Assembly (NCBI GenBank): GCA_964368565.1
Contig: CAYJAC010000004.1
Coordinates: 1 to 48,706, forward strand
DNA: 48,706 bases
Reading direction: 5' to 3'
DNA from: an uncultured Candidatus Saccharibacteria bacterium
GTDB lineage: Bacteria; Patescibacteriota; Minisyncoccia; Phycocordibacterales; UBA6065
How positions within the stretch are numbered: position 1 is the first letter of the stretch; each line of letters starts with the position of its first letter. The position numbers and the translations under genes are program-made. This document shows, in pieces, positions 7,883-16,713 of this stretch. Below the pieces are notes generated by a model, which worked only from the letters and a program-made list of their open reading frames with translations, searched no databases and was not told the DNA's origin.

Positions 7883-8965
7883 ATGGCATCTCAATTTTTT
7901 GGCGATTCGATATTTTGGATAGAGACGGAAAAGGTAAAACCTAATCCATACCAACCTCGACGAGAGTTCGATGAGGCTGCTCTGCGCGATCTCGCTGAAT
8001 CTATTCGTATGTACGGCTTGCTCCAGCCCCTGGTTGTGACGCGCGCCGAAATTCAAAAGGAGGACGGGGGAATGGCTGTAGAATACGAGCTCATTTCTGG
8101 TGAGCGCCGACTGCGCGCCTCAAAGCTCCTGGGCCTCCAGCAGGTGCCGGCGATTATTCGTGCCAACACTGACGACGCTCGTGTAAAGCTCGAGCTCGCA
8201 ATCATCGAAAACCTTCAACGCGAGGACCTCAACCCTGTTGAACGCGCTCGATCGTTCGACCAGCTTGTGCGGGAATTCGGCCTTAAGCACATCCAGGTTG
8301 CACAAAAAATCGGTAAATCCAGAGAATACGTTTCAAACTCTATTCGTCTATTGATGCTCCCGTCTGACATTTTGGATGCACTTTCTCAGGGCAAGATTTC
8401 TGAAGGCCATGCACGCCCACTCATGATGCTTACGGACCGTCCAGAAGAGCAGTCGACCCTTTTTAAGGAGATTATGTTCAAGCGCCTTACTGTGCGCGAG
8501 ACTGAAATGATTGCCCGCAAGATCGCTGTCGAGAAGGCTCGCAAGAAGGAGCGTGCTTTTGATCCTGAAATGCTCGAGATCGAACAGAAGCTGTCTGAGA
8601 CATTTGGCACTCGTGTTTCCATCGAGCAGAAGCAAAAAGGAGGCAAAATCACTATCGATTTTTTCTCGCCCGAGGATTTGAAGGCGATTATGAACATTGT
8701 TGGTAATAAGGAAAAGAAAAATCCTGCAGAACTTTTGCAAAAGCATATGGCTGCGCAGGGCGGCACTCCTGCGGTGTCGACAATAGTTACTCCTGTGACT
8801 GTTGCTGATGTGGCGGCGTCACTCGATATGACGCTTCCACCTGCACCAGCTCCCGTAGAGCTTCCAACCGAGTCCACTGTGGCGATTGACGACCGTTCGA
8901 AAGAAGAGAAGAAGGAGGATGAAAATACTGAAGATCTTTATTCGATGAAGAATTTTTCGCTCTAA
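7883..8965 (+). CDS. parB: ParB/Spo0J chromosome partitioning protein with low-complexity acidic/Pro-rich C-terminal tail
   Basis: ParB box motifs: GLLQPLVV, ISGERRLRASK, IIENLQREDLNPVE. The ATG at 7883 is preferred over the GTG at 7850. Confidence 0.9.
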   Translation: MASQFFGDSIFWIETEKVKPNPYQPRREFDEAALRDLAESIRMYGLLQPLVVTRAEIQKEDGGMAVEYELISGERRLRASKLLGLQQVPAIIRANTDDARVKLELAIIENLQREDLNPVERARSFDQLVREFGLKHIQVAQKIGKSREYVSNSIRLLMLPSDILDALSQGKISEGHARPLMMLTDRPEEQSTLFKEIMFKRLTVRETEMIARKIAVEKARKKERAFDPEMLEIEQKLSETFGTRVSIEQKQKGGKITIDFFSPEDLKAIMNIVGNKEKKNPAELLQKHMAAQGGTPAVSTIVTPVTVADVAASLDMTLPPAPAPVELPTESTVAIDDRSKEEKKEDENTEDLYSMKNFSL

Positions 8966-8966
8966 T

Positions 8967-8996
8967 AAAAAAAGCCGCTCCTAGGAGCGGCTTTTT
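8967..8996. terminator. Bidirectional intrinsic terminator
   Basis: AAAAAGCCGCTCC / GGAGCGGCTTTTT palindrome flanked by A and T runs, right after the parB stop. Confidence 0.8.
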
Positions 8997-9709
8997 ACCC
9001 AAAGAACTGTTCCTGTGGGCAACGTATCATCGTCAACGAATGAAAAGGGTTCGCGCTTTCCGTCAAGAAAACGCCATAGCCGGGTGTGCTCACTGGAATC
9101 TTCGGTTTGAGAGTCCAATGCATAGCAACCCTGCTGGATTACATTTCTGCGGGTAGTGGATAAGGTTTGGAATTCCTCCTGTGGCACTTCGTTTTTGAGC
9201 GCGAGTATGAATCGATATCTTTCAAGATAGATTTCAAGATCGCGGCTGGAGTTTAAGGGGTGTTTGAGGGCGATGGGATGGATCATACTGGGGACTATAT
9301 TGCCCTACATTGCATAAAAAAACCACCCATGTGGGCGATTTCATAATTGTGCCGGGCACTTTAGGACGCGTCGGCGAGAAAAAAGATTTGTCCCTGGGGG
9401 AGTTGCTCTTTCTCAGGAAAGAAGGGTTCGATTTCTTTGCCGATAAAGCGAAAGAGACGAGTGCCGCTGCCATGCATGCGGGCAACAAAACCTTGGGGCA
9501 GGGAGAGGAATGCCCCCGCACCAGGTCTGGGGGATTTGATCAATAGTGCCGACAGGCATTCGCTGCTTGGCGAGCCAGTTTTCGAGCTCGTCTGCCGATG
9601 TAATCGGGACAGGCGCAGCTTTTGCGACGCAAACAGGAGGGGTGAATATGGAACACATTTCAAGGTTAAGACACTCCTCTGTATCGTCTGTGTCAAAGTA
9701 CTTATCCAC
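8981..9709 (-). pseudogene. Possible frameshifted gene remnant downstream of topA (cupin-like central part); the last segment 8981..9286 could instead be a separate 101-aa ORF
   Basis: Four consecutive minus-strand ORF pieces: 9709-9413, 9696-9361, 9521-9234 and 9286-8981. Each follows the previous one with a one-nt shift in the same direction. Homopolymer runs (C5, G5, A6, A7) lie near the switch points. The first piece starts 15 nt after the topA stop. Confidence 0.3.
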
Positions 9710-9723
9710 CTTACAGCTCTCTT

Positions 9724-12069
9724 TTATTCCGCCTTCTTTTTTGCCCTGAATCCGCGCTTCTTTTTTTCTTCCTTCAATATGTCGAGGGCACGCTCCAGGC
9801 TGATTACATACACATCGTCAGGCTTTTTGACCGAGCGGAAATCGCCGTCATGAACGATGTAGGGACCAAAGCGACCGATGTTTGCAGTGATAACTTTTTC
9901 TGTCATTGGATGTGTACCAAGGCGGCGAGGAAGGGTTAGGAGATGCACGGCCTGAGCAAGAGTAATCTCTGCTGGATTTATTTCTTTTGGGATAGAGGCC
10001 ATCTTTGCCTTCTGACCCACAATTTCGGGCTCTGTAGGGACAGTTAGGGGTGCAGGAGCTATGCCTGCAGCCATGTCGGCCGCAATTTTTGCCAACTCTT
10101 TTTTCGTCGGCTTTTTCTTTCGAGGCTTCTTCGGTGCCTTAATGGTTTCTCCCATCTGGACGTATGGGCCGAATCGTCCATTCTTTACAGTGATGTCGAG
10201 GTTGGTATCAGGATGCTTGCCAATGATCTTGTCCTTTGGCACTTCGGTACCGTCGAGCATGAGCGCGCCGGCGCAGTCAGGGTATTTTGAACACGAGAGG
10301 AATTTGCCGGCGCGCCCCAACTTTATAATCATGCTTGATCCGCAGGTAGGGCACTTGAACTTGTCATCGGCTACGCCCAGGGTGGTTGCCTTGTCGAGTT
10401 TATCCTTTTCTTTTACGTCTTTGAGGAAGGGTTTATAAAAATCAGACAGGGTTTTTTCGTACTTTGCACTGCCATCTGCTATGAGGTCGAGTTTGTCCTC
10501 CATTTCTGCAGTAAAGGTGTCGCTGATATAGTTGCCGAAATTTTCTTCGAGGAACGAGCTTACCACGTCGCCAGTGTCTGTGGGTTTGAGTGCCTTGTTT
10601 TCCTTTGTAACATATTCGCGCTCTTCAATAGTACGCAAAATAGATGCGTATGTAGACGGTCGGCCGATGCCGCGCTTTTCGAGTTCCTTGATGAGACCCG
10701 CTTCAGAATATCTGCCCGGTGGCTCGGTCTGCTTTTCAAGAGATTCCAGCGAGACAAGCTCGAGCTTTTCACCTGCCAACACTTTTGGTAGTTCGACATC
10801 CTCGCCACGAGCACCAGGGTCGACAGCGAGCCAACCAGGGGAGACAAGACGTGTTCCGTTTGCCCAGAAGTCTGGAATAAGTTTACGTACGACGTCTGTA
10901 CTGCCGTTGGTTTTTACGTTTGCAACAATTTTTGTTCGCAAAACGCGCGCATCGATCATCTGTGACGCGACGGTGCGAGACCAGATCAGTTTATAGAGGG
11001 CAACCTGTTCTGGATTTGCTCCGGCCTCGGTCTTTGAAATGGTTGTTGGACGGACGGCCTCGTGTGCTTCCTGTGCATTCTTTGATTTTGCGGCGAATGT
11101 ACGTGGGGTGAATGAATCTTTGCCATACGTCTTCTCTATATATGCACCTATTTGGCCTATGGCTTGCTGTGACAGGTTTGTAGAGTCTGTTCGCATATAG
11201 CTGATGAGACCCGCTTCATACAGACGCTGGGCCACTGACATGGTACGAGAAGGTGAATAGCCAAGGCGAGTAGAAGCCGCCTGCTGGAGGGTCGATGTGG
11301 TGAAAGGTGCCTTGGCCGAACGCTTGGCCTCGGTTTCGTCTACAGATATGACCTCCCATGCTTCTTTCTTGCCTGTAGCAAGGATGCGATCTACCTCGGC
11401 TTTGTCACGCGGCTCGATAGAGCAGGTGAGGGCAAGTTTTTCACTCGGCTTTGCATTTGCCCCGGTGGTTTTTGCTGTCTTTGTCTCAGCCGAAAGTACC
11501 CAGTATGTTTCCGGAATGAATGCGCGGATCTCGCGCTCGCGCTCCATGATGATGCGCAGGGCAGGCGACTGCACGCGGCCCGCGGACAATCCATAGCGAA
11601 CCTTTTTCCAAATGATGCCAGATAGGTCGTACCCAACGAGCCTGTCGAGGACACGGCGGGCCTCCTGGGCCTGACGCAGATTCTGGTCAATATCACGTGG
11701 ATGAGTGAGGGCTTCAAGGATGGCGTCCTTGGTGATTTCATGGAATACGACGCGGCGAACGGGCTTTTTGCCAAAGTCGATGGCCTCTGCAATGTGCCAG
11801 GCAATTGCTTCTCCTTCGCGGTCGGGGTCGGTCGCCAACAATACCTCGTCTGATTTTTTAGCAAGGCGTTCAATGTCTTCGAGGACTTTTCCCTTACCTG
11901 CGCTGATTTCATAGTGCGGGGTAAAGTGGTCCATGTCGATGGCTTTTTTGTTCGACTTTGGAAGGTCTCGTACGTGGCCGATAGACGCGACGACGGTGTA
12001 CTCGCTGCCGAGATATTTTCCGATTGTCTTGGCTTTTGCCGGAGACTCTACGATAAGAAGTTTTGACAT
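9724..12069 (-). CDS. topA: DNA topoisomerase I
   Basis: Toprim start MSKLLIVESPAKAKTIGKYLG. Zn-ribbon CPTCGSSMIIKLGRAGKFLSCSKYPDC. Lys-rich C-terminus. The ATG at 12069 is preferred over the TTG at 12081. Confidence 0.95.
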   Translation of the reverse strand: MSKLLIVESPAKAKTIGKYLGSEYTVVASIGHVRDLPKSNKKAIDMDHFTPHYEISAGKGKVLEDIERLAKKSDEVLLATDPDREGEAIAWHIAEAIDFGKKPVRRVVFHEITKDAILEALTHPRDIDQNLRQAQEARRVLDRLVGYDLSGIIWKKVRYGLSAGRVQSPALRIIMEREREIRAFIPETYWVLSAETKTAKTTGANAKPSEKLALTCSIEPRDKAEVDRILATGKKEAWEVISVDETEAKRSAKAPFTTSTLQQAASTRLGYSPSRTMSVAQRLYEAGLISYMRTDSTNLSQQAIGQIGAYIEKTYGKDSFTPRTFAAKSKNAQEAHEAVRPTTISKTEAGANPEQVALYKLIWSRTVASQMIDARVLRTKIVANVKTNGSTDVVRKLIPDFWANGTRLVSPGWLAVDPGARGEDVELPKVLAGEKLELVSLESLEKQTEPPGRYSEAGLIKELEKRGIGRPSTYASILRTIEEREYVTKENKALKPTDTGDVVSSFLEENFGNYISDTFTAEMEDKLDLIADGSAKYEKTLSDFYKPFLKDVKEKDKLDKATTLGVADDKFKCPTCGSSMIIKLGRAGKFLSCSKYPDCAGALMLDGTEVPKDKIIGKHPDTNLDITVKNGRFGPYVQMGETIKAPKKPRKKKPTKKELAKIAADMAAGIAPAPLTVPTEPEIVGQKAKMASIPKEINPAEITLAQAVHLLTLPRRLGTHPMTEKVITANIGRFGPYIVHDGDFRSVKKPDDVYVISLERALDILKEEKKKRGFRAKKKAE

Positions 12070-12121
12070 ATACAGTGGCAAGTATTACACGAAGGGAAAA
12101 TATTTAGCAAATAAATATGTT

Positions 12122-12985
12122 TCATGTCCTGCTGATTTGACCGAGCATTTCTGTAACAAGTCCTTTAAGCTCGAGCATCGATAGTGCAGCATTTATTGCA
12201 CCTGGGGCAAGTGGCACGCTTTCGAATAATGCATCACGATCGAGAGGTTCTGAGAGTGCATCCCATACCGTACGTTCGTTGGTCGATAGGGAAGAAAGCA
12301 CTGATGCGGGGACGGTTCGAACGCTACTAGGTGCAAAGCCGAGTGCATCGATCAGGTCGGCTACGCACGTGATAGGTGTAGCGCCCTTTTGAATGAGTTG
12401 ATGTGGTCCGGCGCTCTTGCTTGAAAATATTGATCCGGGGACGGCGAGCACGTCCCTGTTGAAATCGAGTGCGAGTCGGCTTGTGATCAGGGTGCCGGAA
12501 CGCAGGTCGGCCTCGATTACGAGAGTTGCATGCGACATACCGGCCATGATGCGGTTGCGTTCGGGAAAAGTCCACGGCGCAGCAGGCAGGTCATTTTCAA
12601 AGGGTGACATGAGGGTGCCACCTTTTTCTAGAATCTCGTGAGCAAGCCTGAAATTCTCTTTTGGATACAGGACATCGTCGTTGAGACCCGACCCGGGCAC
12701 AGCAACAGTGAGAAGGTTTGCCCGCAGGGCTGCGCGGTGTGCAAGCGCATCAATGCCATATGCCAAACCCGATACAATGACGACGGGCAGGCCACGCAGA
12801 CCCTCTATTAATGTATCGACGGCTTCCTTGCCGTACGGGCTGAATCTGCGTGATCCAACGACGGTTAGATACGTATATTCTGCCGACGGCACGTCGCCGC
12901 GGACATATATATGGCTTGGTGGGTCGTATATTTCCTTGAGAAGGGGCGGAAAGTCCTCTTTTAAAATCTTTTTGATGGAATTCAT
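12122..12985 (-). CDS. dprA: DNA-processing protein DprA (Smf)
   Basis: Rossmann-like DprA core (VVSGLAYGIDALAHRAAL ... TLVIEADLRSGTLIT). The conserved dprA-topA gene order is present. The gene ends with TGA. Confidence 0.9.
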   Translation of the reverse strand: MNSIKKILKEDFPPLLKEIYDPPSHIYVRGDVPSAEYTYLTVVGSRRFSPYGKEAVDTLIEGLRGLPVVIVSGLAYGIDALAHRAALRANLLTVAVPGSGLNDDVLYPKENFRLAHEILEKGGTLMSPFENDLPAAPWTFPERNRIMAGMSHATLVIEADLRSGTLITSRLALDFNRDVLAVPGSIFSSKSAGPHQLIQKGATPITCVADLIDALGFAPSSVRTVPASVLSSLSTNERTVWDALSEPLDRDALFESVPLAPGAINAALSMLELKGLVTEMLGQISRT

Positions 12986-13027
12986 GGTCAGTTTATTGTA
13001 GTATGTGAGAGTTAAAGAAAACCTAAA

Positions 13028-14290
13028 ATGTTAGACATTAAATTCATCAGAGACAATAAGGACCTCGTAAAGGCAGGTGCTGTCAAGAAAAAGGTTGAGA
13101 TCGACATCGACCGGCTTTTGGATTTGGATGAAAAGCGTCGCGCCATTCAGACATCTATAGAAGCAAAGCGCGCCGAGCAGAATGCCGTCTCTGAGAAAAT
13201 CCCAAAGGCGAGCCCTGAGGAAAAAGCGACGCTTCTTGAAGCAATGAAGAAGGTAAAGGCAGACCTCCAGGCCGAGGAAGAGAGTGTCAAAGAAGTAATG
13301 AAGGACTGGCAAGGACTCATGCTCCAGGTTCCCAACATTCCCGACATGTCGGTTCCAGAAGGAGCGAGCGACGCCGACAACAAGGAGGCACACGCATGGG
13401 GTACAAAGCCGGCTTTTGACTTTACTCCAAAAAATCACATTGAGCTTACTGAAAAGCTCGACCTTGCCGATTTTGAAAAAGGCGCAGAGGTCGCCGGTTT
13501 TCGTGGATACTATTTGAAAAATGAGGCGGTGACTATGAGTTTTGGGCTGTGGCAGTTCGTCATGGAGCATTTTATTAAAAAGGGATTTACACCAATGATG
13601 GTGCCGTCGCTTGTCCGCAAGCAGACCCTCTATGGAACAGGATATCTTCCTCAGGGTGAAGATGATTTGTACAAGACTCAGGACAATGACTATTTGTCTG
13701 GTACGGGCGAGGTTGGTGCCATGGCATATTTTGCTGACAAGGTTATAGAGAAGTCACAGTTGCCGATGAAAGTGCTTGCTTTCTCGACCTGTTATCGACG
13801 CGAGGCAGGCAGCCACAGCAAGGACACAAAAGGTCTCATCCGTGTTCATGAATTTTACAAACTAGAGCAGGTTATTATCTGCGAGGCCAGCCACGAAGAG
13901 TCGGTAAAGCATCATGAGGACCTCCGCCGAAACTCTGAAGAAGTTTTGGAGGCTTTGAATTTGCCGTATCACACCGTCGTCAACTGTTCGGGCGACCTTG
14001 GCCTGGGTCAGGTAAAAAAATACGACCTCGAGGCATGGGTTCCTTCTCAGAATACCTATCGCGAAACCCATTCGTGCTCGTATTTCCATGATTTTCAGAC
14101 ACGCCGCCTCAACATTCGCTATCGCGATACCGACGGCAAGCTTAAATTCGCGCACTCATTAAATAACACAGCTCTTGCGGGTCCGCGAATCCTCGTCCCT
14201 ATACTTGAAAACAATCAGCAGGCTGACGGTACGATTAAAATTCCTGACATACTCAAAAAATACGTAGGCAAAGACGTAATCTCGCGATAA
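13028..14290 (+). CDS. serS: Seryl-tRNA synthetase
   Basis: MLDIKFIRDN start with an N-terminal coiled coil. Class II motifs: FRGYYL, TCYRREAGS, HSLNNTALAGPR. Confidence 0.95.
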   Translation: MLDIKFIRDNKDLVKAGAVKKKVEIDIDRLLDLDEKRRAIQTSIEAKRAEQNAVSEKIPKASPEEKATLLEAMKKVKADLQAEEESVKEVMKDWQGLMLQVPNIPDMSVPEGASDADNKEAHAWGTKPAFDFTPKNHIELTEKLDLADFEKGAEVAGFRGYYLKNEAVTMSFGLWQFVMEHFIKKGFTPMMVPSLVRKQTLYGTGYLPQGEDDLYKTQDNDYLSGTGEVGAMAYFADKVIEKSQLPMKVLAFSTCYRREAGSHSKDTKGLIRVHEFYKLEQVIICEASHEESVKHHEDLRRNSEEVLEALNLPYHTVVNCSGDLGLGQVKKYDLEAWVPSQNTYRETHSCSYFHDFQTRRLNIRYRDTDGKLKFAHSLNNTALAGPRILVPILENNQQADGTIKIPDILKKYVGKDVISR

Positions 14291-14302
14291 TCGCTCCTAA
14301 TT

Positions 14303-15160
14303 ATGCGAGGACAGGTTAAGGTATATCAAAAGAAGCTTGTTGAAAAGAAGCGCAGGAGAGCGTTCTATATTACTTTGTATACCGTCGTCACCCTTGGCTT
14401 TATATGGTCGGCTCTTTCGGCGATCACACAGTTGGATTCACTTTCTTTGGACGAAGTTTCTGTGCGCGGCAATGAACGTCTGACGCGTGGCGATGTCGAG
14501 CTAGTGGTTAAAAACTATTTAGTCGGAAATTATGCAGGATTTTTTTCAAGGAGGAATGCTTTCATGTATCCAAGAGAAGCGATAGAGGATTTCTTGCGTA
14601 CGGTGCCAGTGATTAAGGATGTAAAGGTTTCTCGATCGGGATTCAATACTGTTGTTGTCACGGTTGAAGAAAGAAAGGAAACGGCGCGATGGTGTCAGGA
14701 TGCAGGCGAGAACATGTTGCGTCAGTGCTATTCGGTAGACGAGAACGGTCTGATTTTTTCATCAAGTCCATTGAGTGGGGCGGTGGTGGACAGTGGCATC
14801 TTTACATACAGCGGTTTGGTTCTAGGTCAGCCTTTGGGCCAACAGGTTCTTCCGCCTACAGATTTTAGGAACATGGAATTTTTTATGCAGGAGATTCATG
14901 GTCTCAACGTCGAACCTGTCGACGCACGTCTCGATCGTGTTGCTGACACTATATCAATCGGACTTGCCGGCGGCGGACGCATTATTGTCCATGCCAGCGC
15001 AGATTTGTCTGTCGTACTTGATAATATTGAAGTGGTTCTGAAGGATCGCACCATTGCCCCGTCTTTTTCACACTTTCTGGAAGAGCTCGACTATATAAAG
15101 TTTGATGCGGGGAACAAGGTTGTCTACAAACTGAAACAAGCTTCTGAAGTTGAGAATTAG
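14303..15160 (+). CDS. FtsQ/DivIB-like cell division protein (TM + POTRA)
   Basis: N-terminal TM helix (AFYITLYTVVTLGFIWSALSAI), then a POTRA-like segment LSLDEVSVRGNERLTRGDVE. It follows serS after a 12-nt gap. Confidence 0.7.
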   Translation: MRGQVKVYQKKLVEKKRRRAFYITLYTVVTLGFIWSALSAITQLDSLSLDEVSVRGNERLTRGDVELVVKNYLVGNYAGFFSRRNAFMYPREAIEDFLRTVPVIKDVKVSRSGFNTVVVTVEERKETARWCQDAGENMLRQCYSVDENGLIFSSSPLSGAVVDSGIFTYSGLVLGQPLGQQVLPPTDFRNMEFFMQEIHGLNVEPVDARLDRVADTISIGLAGGGRIIVHASADLSVVLDNIEVVLKDRTIAPSFSHFLEELDYIKFDAGNKVVYKLKQASEVEN

Positions 15161-15318
15161 AATTATTAGAATATTTTTGCTATGTCTGAGCACGAAAGCC
15201 CTCTCCTGCGGAGGGCTTTCTCTATCCTCGGCCCTCAGGCGTCAAGGAAAGACCATTGACGCCACCAAGCCTCGGGCCTGCGGAGTCTCCGCCATAGCAA
15301 AATATTCTAATAATTCTA
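15158..15318. other. 161-nt element: 26/27-bp AT-rich inverted repeat enclosing a GC-rich core with two strong hairpins
   Basis: Left arm TAGAATTATTAGAATATTTTTGCTATG (15158-15184) pairs with right arm CATAGCAAAATATTCTAATAATTCTA (15293-15318), with one bulged T. The core contains GAAAGCCCTC-tcctgcg-GAGGGCTTTC and GGCGTCAAGG-aaaga-CCATTGACGCC. Confidence 0.6.
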
Positions 15319-15351
15319 TTTTCATCATCGGTATGCTAGTTTGTATACACT

Positions 15352-16377
15352 ATGGAATACGGATTCTGGAAAAAGCTTAAAAAGCCATTCTTTGTACTGG
15401 CACCTATGGCCGATGTTACGGACACGGCCTTTCGCCGTATCATAACCAAATATGGCAAGCCTGATGTGTTGTGGACGGAATTCGTGTCTGCTGACGGGCT
15501 ATGTTCGCCTGGCAGAAAGGTTCTGATCCGAGATCTCGAATTCACTCGAAAGGAAAAACCTATTGTGGCGCAGCTTTTTTCATCCAAGCCAGAAAAAATG
15601 CGCGAGGCGGCGGCACTGTGCCAGAAGCTAGGTTTTCACGGCATCGACATTAACATGGGCTGTCCGGATAAATCCATAGAGAAGCAGGGATGCGGCGCGG
15701 CCATGATAAAATCGCCTGCCGTTGCACGCGCAATTATCCGCGCCGCAAAAGAAGGTGCACCAAAACTACCAATTTCTGTAAAGACACGTATCGGATATAA
15801 CAAAAACGAAATTGCCACCTGGATCCCTGAAATTCTTTCTGAAGGTGTGGCTGCGCTTACCATTCATTGCCGTACGCGTAAAGAAATGTCGAACGTACCT
15901 GCTCGTTGGGAGCATATCCGTGAAGTAGTAGCGCTCCGTGACAGCATCGCACCCGATACATTGATCATCGGCAACGGCGATATCAAAGACATCGCTGACG
16001 GACGAGCAAAGGCTGCTGAATTCGGCGCCGACGGTGTCATGCTTGGTCGTGCAATTTTTGGTAATCCGTGGCTTTTCTCTGCTTTGCATACAAAGGATGG
16101 TAATCCGATTATTCCTACAGTCGCAGAAAAATTAAACGTCATGGTCGAGCATAGCAAGCTCTATGAAAAACTTCTGGGCGATATAAAAAGTTTTGCCATC
16201 ATGAAAAAACACTACAAGGCATACGTGAATAATTTTGATAATGCAAAGGAGCTGCGCGCAAAGCTCATGGAGGCGAATACTTCCAAGGAGGTGGAAAAGA
16301 CTATTAAGAAATTTCTTAAGGATGGCACAATAGACTCTTTGCTCGCGCCTGTGCATAACTATATTGCGAGGCCGTAA
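15352..16377 (+). CDS. dus: tRNA-dihydrouridine synthase
   Basis: FVLAPMADVTDTAFRRI, GIDINMGCP and TIHCRTR motifs of the Dus TIM-barrel family. Confidence 0.9.
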   Translation: MEYGFWKKLKKPFFVLAPMADVTDTAFRRIITKYGKPDVLWTEFVSADGLCSPGRKVLIRDLEFTRKEKPIVAQLFSSKPEKMREAAALCQKLGFHGIDINMGCPDKSIEKQGCGAAMIKSPAVARAIIRAAKEGAPKLPISVKTRIGYNKNEIATWIPEILSEGVAALTIHCRTRKEMSNVPARWEHIREVVALRDSIAPDTLIIGNGDIKDIADGRAKAAEFGADGVMLGRAIFGNPWLFSALHTKDGNPIIPTVAEKLNVMVEHSKLYEKLLGDIKSFAIMKKHYKAYVNNFDNAKELRAKLMEANTSKEVEKTIKKFLKDGTIDSLLAPVHNYIARP

Positions 16378-16404
16378 TAGCGGGTGTACTCTTTATATGT
16401 GATT

Positions 16405-16666
16405 GAGTCGGTTGTGCACGACATGTGGTCGTTGCCAGGCTCAAGGAGTGGCGCTCGTGTTGCGTGGGGTGTGACACGGCGCCACTCCAAAGCTCTTTGC
16501 CCGACAGTCTTGCAGGACTTCGGTTGTTGTTGATTATTACGCCATCGGAGGACAGAGCATGCAAAGCTTTGTCCTCCTCGCGATTCTCTCCCAGCCAAGG
16601 CAGCTGGGATCAAACCACAGTGGCATGAGGTTAAAATGGACGGGCGCTCTGAAGCGCCCGTCCAAT
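16405..16666 (+). ncRNA. Candidate structured RNA upstream of dnaX (identity unknown; SRP RNA is suggested only by synteny)
   Basis: About 330 nt without a credible ORF. Several strong hairpins: GGAGTGGCGC..GCGCCACTCC (16445-16488), GGAGGACA..TGTCCTCC (16548-16577), CCCAGC..GCTGGG, and GGACGGGCGC-tctgaa-GCGCCCGTCC (16638-16663). I could not find the canonical SRP helix-8 motif. Confidence 0.2.
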
Positions 16667-16713
16667 CTCGTTATATGCTTCGTATTCCGCCTTTCATGCT
16701 TTATACTTATCCC

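Noticed and set aside
10061-11914. Multiple ORFs of 60-170 aa on both strands within topA, and similar ones within parB (8348..8877), serS, dus and the helicase gene.
   Set aside because: They are embedded in or antisense to strongly supported conserved genes and have no independent motifs.
12122-12124. Possibility of UGA reassignment (genetic code 4 or 25), as in some candidate phyla.
   Set aside because: dprA ends naturally at a TGA. All conserved genes are full length under code 11 with no in-frame TGA needing read-through. The only tRNA-Trp seen has anticodon CCA.
15150-15380. 76-aa plus-strand ORF across the inverted-repeat element.
   Set aside because: It reads straight through a 26-bp hairpin and two GC hairpins and overlaps the dus start. 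It has no promoter-ATG geometry like the real genes.
16590-16612. AGCCAAGGCAG string identical to part of E. coli 4.5S (SRP) RNA.
   Set aside because: Here it forms its own small hairpin (CCCAGC..GCTGGG). It is not accompanied by the GGUCC-GNRA-GGAAGCAG helix-8 motif, so it is treated as coincidence.
16636-16713. Upstream start for dnaX (MDGRSEAPVQ...).
   Set aside because: It begins inside a perfect 10-bp GC hairpin. The conserved DnaX N-terminus starts at MSHEVLYRKYRPQ (16714), with TATACT 6 nt upstream.
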